A DNA stretch of 64,000 nucleotides from Bdellovibrionota bacterium (lineage in GTDB: Bacteria; Bdellovibrionota_C; UBA2361; OMII01). Within the stretch, counting starts at the first letter, position 1, and each line of letters begins with the position of its first letter. The stretch lies in the NCBI GenBank assembly GCA_044345405.1, contig JBIJBE010000003.1, positions 79,751 to 143,750 of the forward strand. The letters run 5' to 3'. Positions 38,662 to 51,938 of the stretch are shown here, one piece after another. The position numbers were made by a program, and so were the translations under genes. The notes under the pieces are model-generated. The model searched no databases and had not been told where the DNA came from. It worked only from the letters and a program-made list of their open reading frames with translations.

Positions 38662-38737
38662 TTGGGGCAGGTTGAGCCGGTGTGCTGAAGAGTTAGTTAA
38701 TTGTTTTTAGTTGTGTCGAAAGGAAAGGAGTAAAACC

Positions 38738-39127
38738 ATGTCAGAGGCGTATACGTTCGACGGCGTAGTAGATTTCATTAAGGCTATGTCCCTTATGGAT
38801 GCTGCGAAGATGGTAAAGAAGCTCGAGGAAGAGCTTGGTGTGAGCGCTGCTGCTCCAGTTGCTATGATGGCTGCTGGTGCTGGCGCTGGTGCTGGTGCTG
38901 CAGCAGTCGAAGAGAAGACTGAGTTCACCATCATGCTTGATGATGCTGGCGCAGAGAAGGTTAAGGTGATCAAGGTAGTTCGTGAGATCACCGGACTTGG
39001 CCTCAAGGAGGCTAAGGACCTTGTTGACGGCGCTCCAAAGCTCGTTAAGGAAGGTGTTGCTAAGGCTGACGCTGAGGACTTCGTTAAGAAGCTCAAGGAA
39101 GCCGGAGCTAAGGCTAGCCTTAAGTAA
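38738..39127 (+). CDS. rplL: 50S ribosomal protein L7/L12
   Basis: [37 protein letters not shown]; AAGGAG RBS before ATG 38738. Confidence 0.98.
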   Translation: MSEAYTFDGVVDFIKAMSLMDAAKMVKKLEEELGVSAAAPVAMMAAGAGAGAGAAAVEEKTEFTIMLDDAGAEKVKVIKVVREITGLGLKEAKDLVDGAPKLVKEGVAKADAEDFVKKLKEAGAKASLK

Positions 39128-39430
39128 GCTTGCGCTTAATTACCCGCAGCAACAAACGTTGTTGGTAATCCAGTGAAAGAGGGGTGGCCAAAAAGCCGCC
39201 CCTCATCCATGAAGCCGGCCTGTACGGGACGCAATCTTAGGGTTGCGTCCCTATAGGCTTGTTGATAGGTAATTGGCCGAGCTAAGTCCCCTTATATTCT
39301 ATCGGAAATCTCAGAGCTCGAGGTTCCATTAGTTCCAGGTATAGGGTACAAAGCATCGTCATTACCGCTTGTTAAACCCTTTCGCTTTCAGGTCTAGCTA
39401 ACCGAAGGAGGGAAGGGAGGAAGCGCAGCC

Positions 39431-39467
39431 AGCTCAGTCGGCCTCCCACGGGCGGCTTGAGCTTTTT
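39431..39467 (+). terminator. attenuator-like hairpin with U-tract just before rpoB
   Basis: AGCTCAGTCG...CGGCTTGAGCT followed by TTTT, 20 nt upstream of the rpoB ATG. Confidence 0.5.
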
Positions 39468-39487
39468 GCCTTTAGAGTCACTTACGT

Positions 39488-42400
39488 ATGACATCAAAAA
39501 TCAAGACCAATCTCAGACTCCGTAATAGTTACTCAAAGATCGGCGAAGTAGCCGAAATCCCAAACCTGATAGGAATTCAAAAGAGCTCATACGAGCGATT
39601 CCTGCAATCGAATGTAGAACCAGAGAAGAGAGAAGAAGTCGGTCTTCAAAAGGTCTTCAAATCTGTCTTCCCAATTCGTGATTACAATAACACAGCCTCG
39701 CTTGAGTTTGTGTCGTACAACCTCGGAACTCCGAAGTACGACCAAGACGAGTGCCGCGACCGTGGAATGACGTGGGCGGCTCCACTTCGTGTTACCATTC
39801 AGCTGGTACTCTGGGATGTAAATCCTGAGACGGGCGCTCGTAACTTGAGCGCTCTGAAAGAGGACGTAGTGTACTTCGGCGAGATCCCGCTCATGACCGA
39901 GCGTGGAACGTTCGTTATCAACGGAACTGAGCGCGTTATCGTTTCTCAGCTTCACCGTTCGCCCGGTGTGTTCTTCGACCATGATGATGGAAAGAGCCAC
40001 GTATCAGGCAAGCTTCTCTACTCATCTCGTATCATCCCGTACCGTGGTTCGTGGATCGATTTCGAGTTCGACGTAAAGGACATCCTTCACGTTCGTATCG
40101 ACCGTCGTCGTAAGTTGAACGCCACAGTTCTTCTTCGTGCGGTTGGAATGACCGCTGACGATATCGTTTCGACCTACTACAAGACCGACACAGTTATCTT
40201 CGGCGCTAAGGGGCTCGTTACGAAAGAATTTAAGCCAGATCAGTTGGAAGGCCTGAAGGCTATCCGCGAGATCAAAGCTAACGGCAAGGTGCTCGTTAAG
40301 CAGGGTGGTAAGTTCAACAAAGCCGTCATCCGTCGTCTTAAAGAGGCTGAGGTTACTGAGATCGAGATCGGTCCAGAGGCTGTTGTCGGCTTGATCGCCG
40401 CTGAGACGGTTGTTCAAGCTACCGAGGATATCGTTAATCCTAAGAGCGGTGAGGTTATCGCCGAGAAGGGTGAGGTTCTCGTAGGCTTTGACGTTATCCG
40501 TGAGCGCGTTGGTCCAGCAGTCCTCGAGCTTGATGAGAAGGAAGCTAAGGCCATCTGCGAGCAGTTCGAGGTTATCGTTAACGCTGGTGATGAGCTCAAG
40601 GGCGATAAGATCAACTCCAAGGGCGAGATCGTTGAGAAGGGTAAGATTACCCTTCAACGCGAGCTTGGCCTCGATCGCATCCGAGTTCTCTACCTCGACG
40701 ACAACCACATCGGTGAGTCGCTCTGGAAGACCCTCGTCTCAGACAAAATGTCGGGCGATAACTCGCTCTACTCACGTCTCTCCGGTCGTCCAACGATCGA
40801 TAGCTTGATTGAGATCTACCGACGGTTACGTCCTGGCGATCCTCCTCGTCCAGAGACCGCGCAAGCGACCTTCAAGAACCTCTTCTTCAATCCTGATCGA
40901 TACGATCTCTCTGACATCGGTCGATACAAGATGAACCACAAGCTCTACATCTCGCAGGGCCGCGAGGCTCCTCCGATGGATCAGGGCGTTCTCTCTCCAG
41001 AGGATATCAAGGAGACCGTTCGCTACCTCCTCGAGCTCCGTAACTCAACGGACGCTCAGCGGTACTCGATCGACGACATCGACCACCTCGGTAACCGACG
41101 TGTTCGCGCCGTGGGTGAGTTGATTGAGAACCAGTACCGAATCGGCCTCGTTCGTATGGAGCGAGCTGTGAAGGAGCGTATGGGTATGCAGGACATCGAT
41201 ACCCTCGTTCCTCAAGATCTCATCAACTACAAGCCAGTGGCTGCTGTAGTTAAGGAGTTCTTCGGTTCGTCCCAGCTTTCACAGTTCATGGATCAGACGA
41301 ATCCGCTCTCTGAGGTTACTCATAAGCGACGTCTCTCGGCCCTTGGACCAGGTGGACTTACCCGTGACCGCGCGGGCTTCGAGGTTCGTGACGTTAACGC
41401 GACTCACTACGGACGTATCTGTCCGATTGAGACGCCGGAAGGTCCGAACATCGGTCTTATCGCGTCGCTCGCTGTATACGCTCGTGTAAACGAGTTCGGA
41501 TTCGTTGAGACTCCGTACCGCGTCGTTGATAACAACGGCCGCGTATCTGACGACATCGTATACCTCTCAGCGCTTGAGGAAGAGCGTGAGACGATCGCTC
41601 CAGCTTCCATCCCAATGGATAAGAAGGGGAACATCGAGGAGCAGAACGTGCCGGTACGCCGTAACGGTGAGTACCTCCTTGTTCCACCTCCAGAGGTAAC
41701 GAAGCTTGACGTAAGTCCGAAGCAGATCGTGTCAGTCGCCGCGTCCCTCATTCCGTTCCTTGAGAACGACGACGCTAACCGCGCGTTGATGGGATCGAAC
41801 ATGCAACGTCAGGCTGTACCGTGCTTGCGAGCGCAGGCTCCACTTGTCGGAACTGGAATGGAGCACATCGTTGCTCGGGATTCCGGAGCGACAGTAGTGG
41901 CTAAGCGCGCTGGACGCGTAGTTTCGGTTGAGTCTGAGCGTATCGTTATCAAGGCTGATAAGACGGGTGATGACGCTCTCGACACGGGAGTGGATATCTA
42001 CAAGCTCGTTAAGTACCGACGCTCCAACCAGAACACCTGCATCACGCAACGTCCGATCGTTCGCGTTGGTGAGAAGGTTGGCGCTAACGAGGTTATCGCT
42101 GACGGACCTTCAACAGACATGGCTGAGCTCGCGCTCGGTCAAAACTGTGTGGTCGCGTTCATGCCTTGGAACGGCTACAACTTCGAGGACTCCGTTTTGA
42201 TCAGCGAAAACCTCGTGAAGAAGGATGTGTTCACATCCGTTCACATCGAGGAGTTCGAGTGTATCGCTCGTGACACCAAGCTTGGAAAGGAAGAGATTAC
42301 TCGTGACATTCCGAACGTAGGTGAGGAGGCTCTTAAGAACCTCGACGAATCCGGAATCATCCGCATCGGAGCTGAGGTTAAGCCAGGCGATATCATCGTT

Positions 42401-43945
42401 GGTAAAATCACTCCGAAGTCAGAGACCCAGCTTAGCCCAGAGGAGAAGCTCCTCCGAGCGATTTTCGGCGAGAAGGCGGGAGAGGTTCGTGATAGCAGCT
42501 TGAAACTCCCACCAGGAGTAGAGGGAACTATCATCTCCGCTCAGGTATTCTCTCGTAAGGGAACTGACAAGGATGAGCGTACGATTGAGCTTGAGAAGCG
42601 AGAGATCGCTCTCCTTGAGCAAGATCAACGTGACGAGATCAATATCCTTCGCGACGCGGCGATGAGAGAGATCGTTGAGCTTCTCGATGGCAAGTCCACG
42701 ACAGCTCGATTGATCGACGACAAGCGCAACGAGCTTATCGCAAAGGACGCGAAGCTCACCGCTGAGTTGCTCAACTCCGTATCGTTCGAGTACCTCCGAG
42801 ATATCCAAGTCGGAGACGAGGCGATCCAGAGCCAGATCAACAAGGTGGTTGTTCGAACCGGCCAGTTGATTAACAACAAGCGCGCTTACCTCAATGAGAA
42901 GATCAAACGTCTTAAGGAGGGTGATGAGCTTGCGCCTGGAATCATCAAGATGGTTAAGGTGTTCGTCGCTACGAAGCGTAAGATCCAAGTAGGTGACAAG
43001 GTCGCCGGTCGTCACGGAAACAAGGGAGTTCTCTCCCGAGTTCTTCCGCAAGAGGACATGCCGTACCTCGCCGATGGAACGCCAGTAGACATGGTTCTTA
43101 ACCCACTCGGCGTACCGTCCCGAATGAACGTAGGTCAGATCCTTGAGACACATCTTGGATGGGCCGCGTACAACATGGGTCGACGTATCCGTGACCTTGT
43201 TGAGTCGATCGTCGATCCGATTTCGGGCGCTGATCGAATCGACACGACGCCGCAGATGAAGAAGGACGTAGCTAAACAGCTTCGTGACCTCCTCCTCATC
43301 GCGTACAAGGGTGACGATCAGAAGAAATTCCTCGATGGGCTTAACGATCACGATGTGATCGAGCTCGCTCGTCGAGAGATGAGTGGTATCCGAGTCGCTA
43401 CGCCGGTATTCGACGCTGCGCGAGAGACCGACATCCAAGAGCTCCTCAAAGTTGGCGGAATGCCAGAAGAGGGTAAGGTTCAGCTCTATGACGGACGCAC
43501 TGGAGAGCCATTCGCTGAGAAGGGCACTGTGGGCGTGATGTACATGCTGAAGCTCGACCACTTGGTTGACGATAAGATCCACGCGCGTTCAATTGGGCCA
43601 TACTCGTTGGTTACGCAACAACCACTCGGCGGTAAGGCTCAGTTCGGAGGTCAGCGTCTTGGAGAGATGGAGGTGTGGGCACTTGAGGCGTACGGCGCCG
43701 CTTACACCCTTCAGGAGTTCCTGACGGTTAAATCCGATGACGTAGCTGGTCGTACCCGCATGTACGAGTCGATTGTGAAGGGCGAGCATGTGCTTGAGCC
43801 AGGTTTGCCTGAGTCCTTCAACGTTATGATGAAGGAGCTCCAATCACTCTGTCTCGACGTAGAACTCGTCGAGGAGAAGAAGGAAGGCGAGGTACTCGAA
43901 GCACCAGTTGCGGGCGAGTCTGACGTAACAGCGGCTGCCGTCTAA
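39488..43945 (+). CDS. rpoB: DNA-directed RNA polymerase subunit beta
   Basis: [70 protein letters not shown]. Confidence 0.99.
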   Translation: MTSKIKTNLRLRNSYSKIGEVAEIPNLIGIQKSSYERFLQSNVEPEKREEVGLQKVFKSVFPIRDYNNTASLEFVSYNLGTPKYDQDECRDRGMTWAAPLRVTIQLVLWDVNPETGARNLSALKEDVVYFGEIPLMTERGTFVINGTERVIVSQLHRSPGVFFDHDDGKSHVSGKLLYSSRIIPYRGSWIDFEFDVKDILHVRIDRRRKLNATVLLRAVGMTADDIVSTYYKTDTVIFGAKGLVTKEFKPDQLEGLKAIREIKANGKVLVKQGGKFNKAVIRRLKEAEVTEIEIGPEAVVGLIAAETVVQATEDIVNPKSGEVIAEKGEVLVGFDVIRERVGPAVLELDEKEAKAICEQFEVIVNAGDELKGDKINSKGEIVEKGKITLQRELGLDRIRVLYLDDNHIGESLWKTLVSDKMSGDNSLYSRLSGRPTIDSLIEIYRRLRPGDPPRPETAQATFKNLFFNPDRYDLSDIGRYKMNHKLYISQGREAPPMDQGVLSPEDIKETVRYLLELRNSTDAQRYSIDDIDHLGNRRVRAVGELIENQYRIGLVRMERAVKERMGMQDIDTLVPQDLINYKPVAAVVKEFFGSSQLSQFMDQTNPLSEVTHKRRLSALGPGGLTRDRAGFEVRDVNATHYGRICPIETPEGPNIGLIASLAVYARVNEFGFVETPYRVVDNNGRVSDDIVYLSALEEERETIAPASIPMDKKGNIEEQNVPVRRNGEYLLVPPPEVTKLDVSPKQIVSVAASLIPFLENDDANRALMGSNMQRQAVPCLRAQAPLVGTGMEHIVARDSGATVVAKRAGRVVSVESERIVIKADKTGDDALDTGVDIYKLVKYRRSNQNTCITQRPIVRVGEKVGANEVIADGPSTDMAELALGQNCVVAFMPWNGYNFEDSVLISENLVKKDVFTSVHIEEFECIARDTKLGKEEITRDIPNVGEEALKNLDESGIIRIGAEVKPGDIIVGKITPKSETQLSPEEKLLRAIFGEKAGEVRDSSLKLPPGVEGTIISAQVFSRKGTDKDERTIELEKREIALLEQDQRDEINILRDAAMREIVELLDGKSTTARLIDDKRNELIAKDAKLTAELLNSVSFEYLRDIQVGDEAIQSQINKVVVRTGQLINNKRAYLNEKIKRLKEGDELAPGIIKMVKVFVATKRKIQVGDKVAGRHGNKGVLSRVLPQEDMPYLADGTPVDMVLNPLGVPSRMNVGQILETHLGWAAYNMGRRIRDLVESIVDPISGADRIDTTPQMKKDVAKQLRDLLLIAYKGDDQKKFLDGLNDHDVIELARREMSGIRVATPVFDAARETDIQELLKVGGMPEEGKVQLYDGRTGEPFAEKGTVGVMYMLKLDHLVDDKIHARSIGPYSLVTQQPLGGKAQFGGQRLGEMEVWALEAYGAAYTLQEFLTVKSDDVAGRTRMYESIVKGEHVLEPGLPESFNVMMKELQSLCLDVELVEEKKEGEVLEAPVAGESDVTAAAV

Positions 43946-44010
43946 CGGCCACCGTTCCCCAGGCCGCGGCTGCGGCCTGGGGATTATCGATTTTCAAGCT
44001 GAGGAGACAC

Positions 44011-47000
44011 ATGGACGATTTATTTAGTTTGTTTGAACGACCGAAGAACCCCATCAAGTTCAACGCGTTGAAGATCTCGCTGGCTAGCCCAGACAAGATC
44101 CGTAGCTGGTCTTTTGGCGAAGTAACGAAGCCAGAGACGATCAACTACCGAACGCTTAAGCCTGAGCGAGATGGACTCTTCTGCGCCAAGATCTTCGGAC
44201 CTGTTAAGGATTACGAGTGTATCTGCGGTAAGTACAAGCGCCTCCGTCACCGTGGCGTTGTGTGCGAGAAGTGCGGTGTAGAGGTTATTCAGTCCAAAGT
44301 ACGTCGTGAGCGTATGGGGCACATCGAACTTGCGTGCCCAGTAGCGCACATCTGGTTCTTGAAGTCCCTCCCAAGCCGTATCGGAAACATCCTCGACCTC
44401 ACCCTTCGTGACCTTGAGAAGGTTCTCTATTTCGAGGCCTACGTTGTTATCGACGCTGGCAAGACCAACCTCAAGCAGGGCGAGCTTCTCACTGAGCGTG
44501 AGTACCGCACTGCTCGTGAAGAGTTCGGTTCAGGATTCGAGGCAGGAATGGGCGCTGAGGCTATTCTCACGCTCCTCAAAGCTATCGATGTTGACCCTCT
44601 CTGCGCTGAGCTCCGTGAGGAGATCAAAGAGGTAACGTCTGAGGCTAAGAAGAAGAAGCTCGCTAAGCGACTTCGTGTGCTTACCTCGTTCCAACAGAGC
44701 GACAACAAGCCAGAGTGGATGATCTTGAACGTAGTTCCAGTTATCCCACCTGACCTTCGTCCTCTCGTTCCACTTGACGGTGGACGTTTCGCGACCAGCG
44801 ATCTCAACGACCTCTATCGTCGTGTGATCAACCGAAACAACCGTCTCCGTCGTCTTATCGAGCTTAACGCTCCAGATATCATCATCCGAAACGAGAAGCG
44901 TATGCTTCAAGAGTCGGTTGACGCTCTCTTCGATAACGGACGTCGTGGACGTACGATCACAGGTCCTAACAAGCGACCACTCAAGTCCTTGAGCGATATG
45001 CTTAAGGGTAAGGGCGGACGTTTCCGTCAGAACCTTCTCGGAAAGCGTGTAGACTACTCAGGCCGATCGGTAATCGTCGTAGGTCCAGAGCTTCGTCTCC
45101 ACCAGTGCGGTCTTCCAAAGAAGATGGCGCTCGAGCTCTTCAAACCATTCATCTACAACAAGCTCGAAGAGCGTGGTTATGTAACCACGATCAAGAGCGC
45201 TAAGAAGATGGTAGAAAAGGAGAAGCCAGTTGTTTGGGATATCCTCGACGAGGTTATTCGTGAGCATCCAGTTCTCCTCAACCGAGCTCCAACGCTTCAC
45301 CGACTTGGTATTCAAGCGTTCGAGCCGATCCTCATCGAAGGAAAGGCTATCCAGCTTCACCCACTCGTATGTACAGCGTTCAACGCTGACTTCGACGGTG
45401 ACCAGATGGCCGTTCACGTTCCTCTCTCCGTAGAGGCGCAGGTTGAGTCTCGCGTACTCATGATGTCGACTAACAACATCTTGAGCCCAGCGAACGGTAA
45501 GCCCATCATCGTACCTTCTCAGGACATCGTTCTTGGATTGTATTACATGACCCGTGAGCGTCCGTTCGCGTACGGTGAGAACCGCGCGTACTCGAACCCA
45601 GACGAGGTATGGCTTGCTTGGCAGTCAGGTGAGACCCACCTTCAAGCTAAGGTTAAGGTTCGTATCGACGGTAAGCTTGAGTCAACGACCGTTGGCCGTA
45701 CGCTCCTGTACTACCTCTGCCCGAAGGTCCTTCCATTCGCCAACTTCAACAAGGTGATGAAGAAGAAGGAGATCTCGGGACTCATCGACGATTGCTTCCG
45801 TGTTGCTGGTAACAAGGCAACGGTGCTTCTCGCTGATAAGCTCAAGGACAACGGGTACTACTTCGCGACCATCTCCGGTATCTCTATCGGAGTTCAGGAC
45901 ATGGTTATTCCAGACGCGAAGAAGCCACTCCTTGCTGAAGCTGATGACAAGGTTAACGAGATCGATAGTCAATATCGTGAAGGTCTCGTTACCGCGGGTG
46001 AGCGATACAATAAGGTGATCGACATCTGGTCGGACGTGGGAGACAAGATCGCTGAGGACATGATGGAAACCATCTCGTCCGCGGAGTTCAAGGATGCCGT
46101 GACCGGTGAAACCAAACGTGGACCGTCCTTCAACCCGATCTTCATCATGGCCGACTCAGGCGCTCGTGGATCCAGCCAGCAGATTCGTCAGCTCGGCGGT
46201 ATGCGAGGACTGATGGCTAAGCCGGACGGATCGATCATTGAGCAGCCGATTAAGGCTAACCTCCGTGAGGGTCTGACGGTTCTTCAGTACTTCGTATCAA
46301 CCCACGGTGCTCGTAAGGGTCTCGCGGATACAGCTCTTAAGACAGCTAACTCCGGATACCTCACGCGTAAGCTCGTAGACGTTGGACAAGACACCATCAT
46401 CTCTGAGTACGATTGCGGATCGACTGAGGGAATCGATATCTCAGCTCTCATCGAGGGTGGAGAAGAGATCGAGTCACTCACAAACCGAATCCTTGGTCGC
46501 GTAGTGGCAGAGGATGTTCGTGATCCTATCTCGAACGATATCCTCGTTCAGCGTGGACAGATGATCGACGAGGACCTCGCCGCTCAGATATCTGCGGCTG
46601 GTATCGATACACTTCTCATCCGCTCTGTACTCACCTGTGAGTCCCAGCGCGGTGTATGTACCTTGTGTTACGGCCGAGACCTCGCTCGTGGACACTTGGT
46701 GAACATTGGAGAGGCTGTCGGAGTTATCGCGGCTCAATCCATCGGAGAGCCTGGAACACAGCTCACGATGAGAACGTTCCACATCGGAGGAGCGGCGCTC
46801 GGACGAGCTGAGTCCACCTCTCTTGAGTCACGTTACGCTGGAGTTATTAAGCTTGAGGGCGCTCGTCTCGCTCGACGGCGTGACGGAACATCCGTTGTGA
46901 TGAGCCGTAAGGCTGAGATCCTTATCGTTGATAAGGCCGACGGCCGTGAGCGTGAGCGTCATCCTCTCGTGTACGGAGCTCGTCTCCGAGTGGAAGAGGG

Positions 47001-48141
47001 CGCTGAGGTTAAACCAGGCGCGCTCCTCACTGAGTGGGATCCGTTCACTATTCCAATCTTGAGCGACCTTGCCGGTCGAGTTGAGTGGGTAGACGTATCT
47101 GAAGCGACGATGGAGGAGCGTACTGATGAGCGCACCGGATTCGTAGAGCGAGAGATCGTTCAGGCTAAGGATAAGAGCAGCGACCTCCGTCCTCGTATCG
47201 TGATTCACGGCGAGAATGGCGAGAGCCGCGTCTACAACCTCCCAGTAGGTGTTCGACTCGTAGTTGAGCACAACTCGGATATCGACGCCGGTGATGTTAT
47301 CGCTAAGAGAGAGCGTGCTACGACGAAGACGAAGGATATTACCGGAGGTCTTCCTCGAGTAGTTGAGCTCTTTGAGGCTCGTAAGCCAAAGGATCCAGCT
47401 GTTGTCAGCGACGTCGATGGCGTTGTTGATTTCGGAGAGGATTCCCGTGGTAAGCGTAAGATCGTGGTAACTCCTGACTTCGGTGACCCACGTGAGTACT
47501 TGGTCGCTAAGACCAAGCACGTTGCGGTTCAGAAGGGTGATCGCGTTAAGGCAGGCGAGGTTCTCACCGACGGTGCCGTTAACCCACACGACATCCTTCG
47601 AATCGAGGGAACCCGCGCTCTCGCTGGTTACCTTGTGAACGAGGTACAAGAGATCTACCGATTACAGGGTGTGCGCATCAACGATAAGCACATCGAGGTA
47701 ATCGTTCGTCAGATGCTTAAGCGAGTTAAGATCAGCGAGTTCGGCGATAGCAACTTCCTTGTTGGTGATAACGTTGAGCGCCTTAAGGTGCTTGAGGAGA
47801 ACCAAAAGGTTGTGGCTAACGGCGGCAAGCCAGCGAGCTACGAGCCACTCCTCCTTGGTATCACCAAGGCGGCTCTCTCGACTGAGTCCTTCATCTCGGC
47901 TGCGAGCTTCCAAGAGACCACGAAGGTTCTCACCGAAGCGGCTGTCGCTGGTAAGGTTGATCACCTCCGAGGACTCAAGGAGAACGTGATCATGGGTCGC
48001 TTGATCCCAGCCGGATCCGGTGTTGAGGCGTACGCTTCCCGCCACGTCCGAGTTGAGGGAGAGCCTCTCACGCAGAAGAAGCCTGAGCAGAACTTCAAGA
48101 TGAGCCCAAGCTCAATTGAAAGTCTCCAGGGACTCTTCTAA
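44011..48141 (+). CDS. rpoC: DNA-directed RNA polymerase subunit beta'
   Basis: PETINYRT, Zn finger, NADFDGDQM catalytic motif, [23 protein letters not shown]. Confidence 0.99.
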   Translation: MDDLFSLFERPKNPIKFNALKISLASPDKIRSWSFGEVTKPETINYRTLKPERDGLFCAKIFGPVKDYECICGKYKRLRHRGVVCEKCGVEVIQSKVRRERMGHIELACPVAHIWFLKSLPSRIGNILDLTLRDLEKVLYFEAYVVIDAGKTNLKQGELLTEREYRTAREEFGSGFEAGMGAEAILTLLKAIDVDPLCAELREEIKEVTSEAKKKKLAKRLRVLTSFQQSDNKPEWMILNVVPVIPPDLRPLVPLDGGRFATSDLNDLYRRVINRNNRLRRLIELNAPDIIIRNEKRMLQESVDALFDNGRRGRTITGPNKRPLKSLSDMLKGKGGRFRQNLLGKRVDYSGRSVIVVGPELRLHQCGLPKKMALELFKPFIYNKLEERGYVTTIKSAKKMVEKEKPVVWDILDEVIREHPVLLNRAPTLHRLGIQAFEPILIEGKAIQLHPLVCTAFNADFDGDQMAVHVPLSVEAQVESRVLMMSTNNILSPANGKPIIVPSQDIVLGLYYMTRERPFAYGENRAYSNPDEVWLAWQSGETHLQAKVKVRIDGKLESTTVGRTLLYYLCPKVLPFANFNKVMKKKEISGLIDDCFRVAGNKATVLLADKLKDNGYYFATISGISIGVQDMVIPDAKKPLLAEADDKVNEIDSQYREGLVTAGERYNKVIDIWSDVGDKIAEDMMETISSAEFKDAVTGETKRGPSFNPIFIMADSGARGSSQQIRQLGGMRGLMAKPDGSIIEQPIKANLREGLTVLQYFVSTHGARKGLADTALKTANSGYLTRKLVDVGQDTIISEYDCGSTEGIDISALIEGGEEIESLTNRILGRVVAEDVRDPISNDILVQRGQMIDEDLAAQISAAGIDTLLIRSVLTCESQRGVCTLCYGRDLARGHLVNIGEAVGVIAAQSIGEPGTQLTMRTFHIGGAALGRAESTSLESRYAGVIKLEGARLARRRDGTSVVMSRKAEILIVDKADGRERERHPLVYGARLRVEEGAEVKPGALLTEWDPFTIPILSDLAGRVEWVDVSEATMEERTDERTGFVEREIVQAKDKSSDLRPRIVIHGENGESRVYNLPVGVRLVVEHNSDIDAGDVIAKRERATTKTKDITGGLPRVVELFEARKPKDPAVVSDVDGVVDFGEDSRGKRKIVVTPDFGDPREYLVAKTKHVAVQKGDRVKAGEVLTDGAVNPHDILRIEGTRALAGYLVNEVQEIYRLQGVRINDKHIEVIVRQMLKRVKISEFGDSNFLVGDNVERLKVLEENQKVVANGGKPASYEPLLLGITKAALSTESFISAASFQETTKVLTEAAVAGKVDHLRGLKENVIMGRLIPAGSGVEAYASRHVRVEGEPLTQKKPEQNFKMSPSSIESLQGLF

Positions 48142-48169
48142 ATCTTTCGAAAGAAAGAGCCACAAAAGG

Positions 48170-48205
48170 GCGGGCGCCGTAGAGATACGGCGCCCGCTTT
48201 TTTTT
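48170..48205 (+). terminator. intrinsic terminator after rpoC
   Basis: GCGGGCGCCGTA-GAGA-TACGGCGCCCGC followed by a run of T. Confidence 0.9.
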
Positions 48206-48536
48206 ATTTTTAAGGTTATTACAGGTACGTCTTCCCAACTATGTGGATGAATGGCTATGTGCAGCCGTACGCCACTCGAAGTCATTGAAACTCGTGCCAG
48301 TCATGACTTTCCGGTTTTTGTCTCCCAGCGCGCTCTATCCTTACACGTGCAGAGGGACTTCGCAGAAGCGATGGGGGGCACGATATGGGGTGGCTTCGAA
48401 AAGGGGGAACGTCGTGATCGATATGGGTTTTTTTCAGCGCCGAGTAGGGCTGTTCGCCGGTCTCTCCAACGGTAGCGGCCCTCATTCGGTTGAGGTACAT
48501 TTTCGCTTCAGTGCTGAGTCAACGAGTCTTCTCGGA

Positions 48537-49565
48537 GTGAGGTTTGTGGTAAGATACAGAAGTATATTTGTCGTGCTGCTCTCAGTCTTATGTCACCCAG
48601 CATTGGGCGAGCACCCCTCCAGTTCTATCGGAATGCTTCTTCCTCTTTCGGGCGGATATGCGTCGGTGGGCGCGGATAACAGGGCCGGCATCGACGCGGC
48701 TTTGGCCGAGCGGGGGAATGCATCTGGGATCTCTTTCTTTTTCGCCGACTCTCAAGCGGATCCTCGTCATTCGGTGAGTGAGTTTCGCAAGCTGCAAGAT
48801 TATCACCACGTTCTCGCGGTATACGCGATGCGGGGACCCGTAGGGATGGCAGTAAATCCGCTTTCGCGGCGAGCGAAAGTGCCGCTGATTGGTGGGGTCG
48901 GGAATAAACATTTTGCTACCGAGAATGAGTTCGCTTTTCAGGCTTGGCCAACTGCGGAGCGCGAGGGCGAATTTCTAGCTGACCACTTAAGCGAGAGCGG
49001 AATTAAGCGGCTCTCAATCGTTACGGTGGAAGATGATTGGCCGATCGCCGTGTCTAAGGAGGTTTCCGCACATGCCTCACGCAACGGTTTCTCGATTGTA
49101 GAAGACCTGAGTTTGCTCTCCTCGGAGTCAGATTTTCGTAGCTTGGCAGCCCGATTAAAACGCGAGTCCGCCGATGCCATCTTCCTTAATGTCGGGCTGA
49201 CACAGATCGGTCCCTTTGTGGGCCAACTAAGGAAGATCGACGTCAATGCGCAGATTTACTCGAACTTCTGGGCCGCCAAGCCTGAGGTTCGGTCGGCCGG
49301 AGGAGATCGACTTAAGGGAGTGCGGTACGTTGAGATGAGGACCGATTCGCCATCGCTTCCGGCGCCCGCGTCAGGGGCAACCCTCTCGTCCTACGTTGCG
49401 ACTCATTTTATTCTTCAAGCCCGAGCGACGGTCGATGGGCCACTCACCCGGGAATCCCTATATTCCGCGCTCTTGGCGCAGCGAGAGGTTCGGACGGGCG
49501 CGGGCACGTTCTCGGTGATTGATAGGAAGATTCAGTTTCCGCTAGTTATCAGAGAGATACAGTAA
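48537..49565 (+). CDS. orphan LivJ-type (Peripla_BP_6) substrate-binding protein
   Basis: Signal peptide then IGMLLPLSGGYASVG, DSQADP, DFRSLAARLK; start uncertain (ORF track starts at 48243). Confidence 0.8.
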   Translation: MRFVVRYRSIFVVLLSVLCHPALGEHPSSSIGMLLPLSGGYASVGADNRAGIDAALAERGNASGISFFFADSQADPRHSVSEFRKLQDYHHVLAVYAMRGPVGMAVNPLSRRAKVPLIGGVGNKHFATENEFAFQAWPTAEREGEFLADHLSESGIKRLSIVTVEDDWPIAVSKEVSAHASRNGFSIVEDLSLLSSESDFRSLAARLKRESADAIFLNVGLTQIGPFVGQLRKIDVNAQIYSNFWAAKPEVRSAGGDRLKGVRYVEMRTDSPSLPAPASGATLSSYVATHFILQARATVDGPLTRESLYSALLAQREVRTGAGTFSVIDRKIQFPLVIREIQ

Positions 49566-49919
49566 CAACGGTAGGCTGCACCGTGTCCGGAGCCCGATGT
49601 CCGCCCTGATTTTTGCTATTTTTCTGCCCCCACCATTTTTGTCAGACCTTATCCCAACAGAATTGACGTTGTCGGCAAACGCGACGTAATGGGTGAGGCG
49701 CCTTGAGTGAGAGACTGAAGGGGCTAGAAGCCCCCGGCACATCACGTAGCGACGAAAAAAAGGGCGAAAGTGAAGACTGACACCCGTTTTTGAGTTTGAA
49801 CTCCCTCGTGCTGCATCTTTAATTTCTGACAGGAGCGTACCAATGCGGTGCAGCTAAAGCCGCTGCAGCTTCAGATTATTTTGATTAGTGTTTGCGCCGT
49901 CGTTACCTTTAGGGGACTT

Positions 49920-51938
49920 ATGAACGCACACACCCCCCACAACACATTCGGAATCACAGTCACTGAAGTGCCCGCTGAGAAGGACTATCGAAGCGTGACC
50001 CCGCGGTTGCCAGCCCTCGACCCCTCCGCGTCGCCACTTGCGATGGAACGGATCGCGATTCTTGAAACGTTTCATAGGACAACGCGTGATAGTTTGGAAA
50101 AGCTTGCTAAAGCCGAGCAGGGGGTACTTGATCTCGTGCAGGCATTTCATGCTTTTGACGAGTTCGTCGGTCAGAAAGCGAGGACCCTATTCTGCCCTCC
50201 GGCGCCGTCAAGCTTACGGGACGTTATGGATTATCTGGCTGGAGAGGTATCTGACGCGCCTGACCGAAGCCGATTAGCGGCCGAAACCTTGTTGATCGTT
50301 CATAAGTTCGATCCAGCGTCAGCCAGCCTTAACGCCGCCATGAAAAGGAATCCACATGTGGATGGTCTGGTACGGGACGCGCTCTTAGGCGAATTCGAGT
50401 TCGCGTCTGTCGGAGAGCTTGAGCCGATGTTCAAAGAGGTAGTATCTGCACAAAGATCTAAACAGGAGCTTTACAGCCGATTGGTGCACGCCAGTAAAGT
50501 TACGCTCAGCAAACTTACGGCACTCGCCAGGTCGCACGGGAATCCTGAGGTATCACAAGATGTTCAAGAGTTCGCGTCAGGTGTGCGAGCGATGGTAAAA
50601 GACGCCGAGGACCTTAAGACGAAAAAGATACTCTCTATGGGCCTCGGCGCGCTTGCGTGGGGCAGCACTAAGCCGAATCGTGACAACCTCTCGAAGTTGG
50701 CAGAGGTGGGAAAGACGGTTCTGGAGGGCCTACGAGTGGAGGTGACTAAGGCGCTTCCTGAGCTGCGGCAGTATGAAAGCCGAGTGAGGCGCGCTGTGTC
50801 CGGAGTGCTTGCATTAGAGGCCGTGACTTCGGCGGGATTTCTCCCAGCCGCAGAGGCCCTGCTCCTTCAACACGCCACTGTGAACGTACCTTCCCATCGC
50901 GACGAGTTTCCTGGAGAGCCGGCTCCCGGGGTCGCAAGTTCTATTGCTCGAGATCTTCGCTCGATTGAATCACAGCAGGGGGCGGAAATGATTCGTTCGG
51001 CGATCGCCCGCCTTGAGCAGGAGAGTGGAAAGGGAGGCGCATGGATCACTGATGCGCAGGGGACCTTCCTTCGTTCCTGGGTGAACGAGCTCGAAGCGGA
51101 GCGCCGCGAAGCGCAAGAGCGACAGAGGAACATCTCGGTCTCGACCTGTCCTGTGGTCGAACAGAGAGCTTATGCTGAACCTGCAGAGGTCTCCTCTGTT
51201 TCAAACGACCCAACATCGGAAGAGTTTCTGCGCGAGATATTTGGAGAGGAGATCGCTACGATTGTGAGCGACAAGATAGAGGAATTGCCTCCTCTTCAGC
51301 AGATTGAAGAACGGGTTGTGGCGCTTGAGGGCGTTGCCGGTACTGCTCTTGGAGCGCGTTCTGAGGATCTCTGCTTTGCGCTCGTTTCGAAGATTGTGGC
51401 TAAGAACCCTCATATTTTAACCGCGCCCGACTTTGGAGAGTTTATTTCAAAGTTTACACAAACCGCGCTACGCATCGAGAAGTTAAAGCTTTCAGCCTCG
51501 ATCTACGACGTGATGGTGGATACGCACCGTTTTGCTTCGCTCACGGCCTTAGCTGAGACGAATGCTCGAATTGACATGGCTTCCAGCTACCTGAGCGCCG
51601 TCAACACGTTGAATGAAGCTCAGTTGCCTGGCGAGTCGATTATGGCATTGTTGCGGTATGGCTTCTTCTTCCAAGGAAGATTGCAGTTTGGTGTGTGTGT
51701 CGGTGAAGACCGCATGGTGCTTGAAAACGTGGATAAACAGTCCCCGGAGAGTTTATCCCGAAGGGATCTTGAGAAAGGACTTACCGCGCTTCATCGGGCG
51801 GGTATTATCGAGCGACCCACTCGCGGACACGGTTCATTTCTGAAACGGGCTGCAACACCGGGAACAAAGCATGAGAGGCCTCTTTCAAAGGCACTTGCTT
51901 GGGTGATCGCGCATCCGGATCCAAGAGTTGAATTTTAA
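49920..51938 (+). CDS. large hypothetical protein, mostly helical
   Basis: Long ORF with AGGGG RBS before ATG 49920; no recognised family. Confidence 0.7.
   Translation: MNAHTPHNTFGITVTEVPAEKDYRSVTPRLPALDPSASPLAMERIAILETFHRTTRDSLEKLAKAEQGVLDLVQAFHAFDEFVGQKARTLFCPPAPSSLRDVMDYLAGEVSDAPDRSRLAAETLLIVHKFDPASASLNAAMKRNPHVDGLVRDALLGEFEFASVGELEPMFKEVVSAQRSKQELYSRLVHASKVTLSKLTALARSHGNPEVSQDVQEFASGVRAMVKDAEDLKTKKILSMGLGALAWGSTKPNRDNLSKLAEVGKTVLEGLRVEVTKALPELRQYESRVRRAVSGVLALEAVTSAGFLPAAEALLLQHATVNVPSHRDEFPGEPAPGVASSIARDLRSIESQQGAEMIRSAIARLEQESGKGGAWITDAQGTFLRSWVNELEAERREAQERQRNISVSTCPVVEQRAYAEPAEVSSVSNDPTSEEFLREIFGEEIATIVSDKIEELPPLQQIEERVVALEGVAGTALGARSEDLCFALVSKIVAKNPHILTAPDFGEFISKFTQTALRIEKLKLSASIYDVMVDTHRFASLTALAETNARIDMASSYLSAVNTLNEAQLPGESIMALLRYGFFFQGRLQFGVCVGEDRMVLENVDKQSPESLSRRDLEKGLTALHRAGIIERPTRGHGSFLKRAATPGTKHERPLSKALAWVIAHPDPRVEF

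Noticed and set aside
41250-41360. Rifampicin-resistance substitutions in RpoB cluster I (and streptomycin sites in RpsL)
   Set aside because: [27 protein letters not shown] and PKKPNS / RVKDLPG are canonical at the key positions.
39587-48045. Long antisense ORFs over rpoB/rpoC (e.g. 42419-43582, 46828-47649)
   Set aside because: Expected shadows of strong codon bias in highly expressed genes; no independent motifs.
49660-49790. c-di-GMP-I riboswitch suggested by GGCAAAC upstream of the orphan gene
   Set aside because: No paired stem-GNRA-stem or GACGCAAAG and second hairpin follow the motif.
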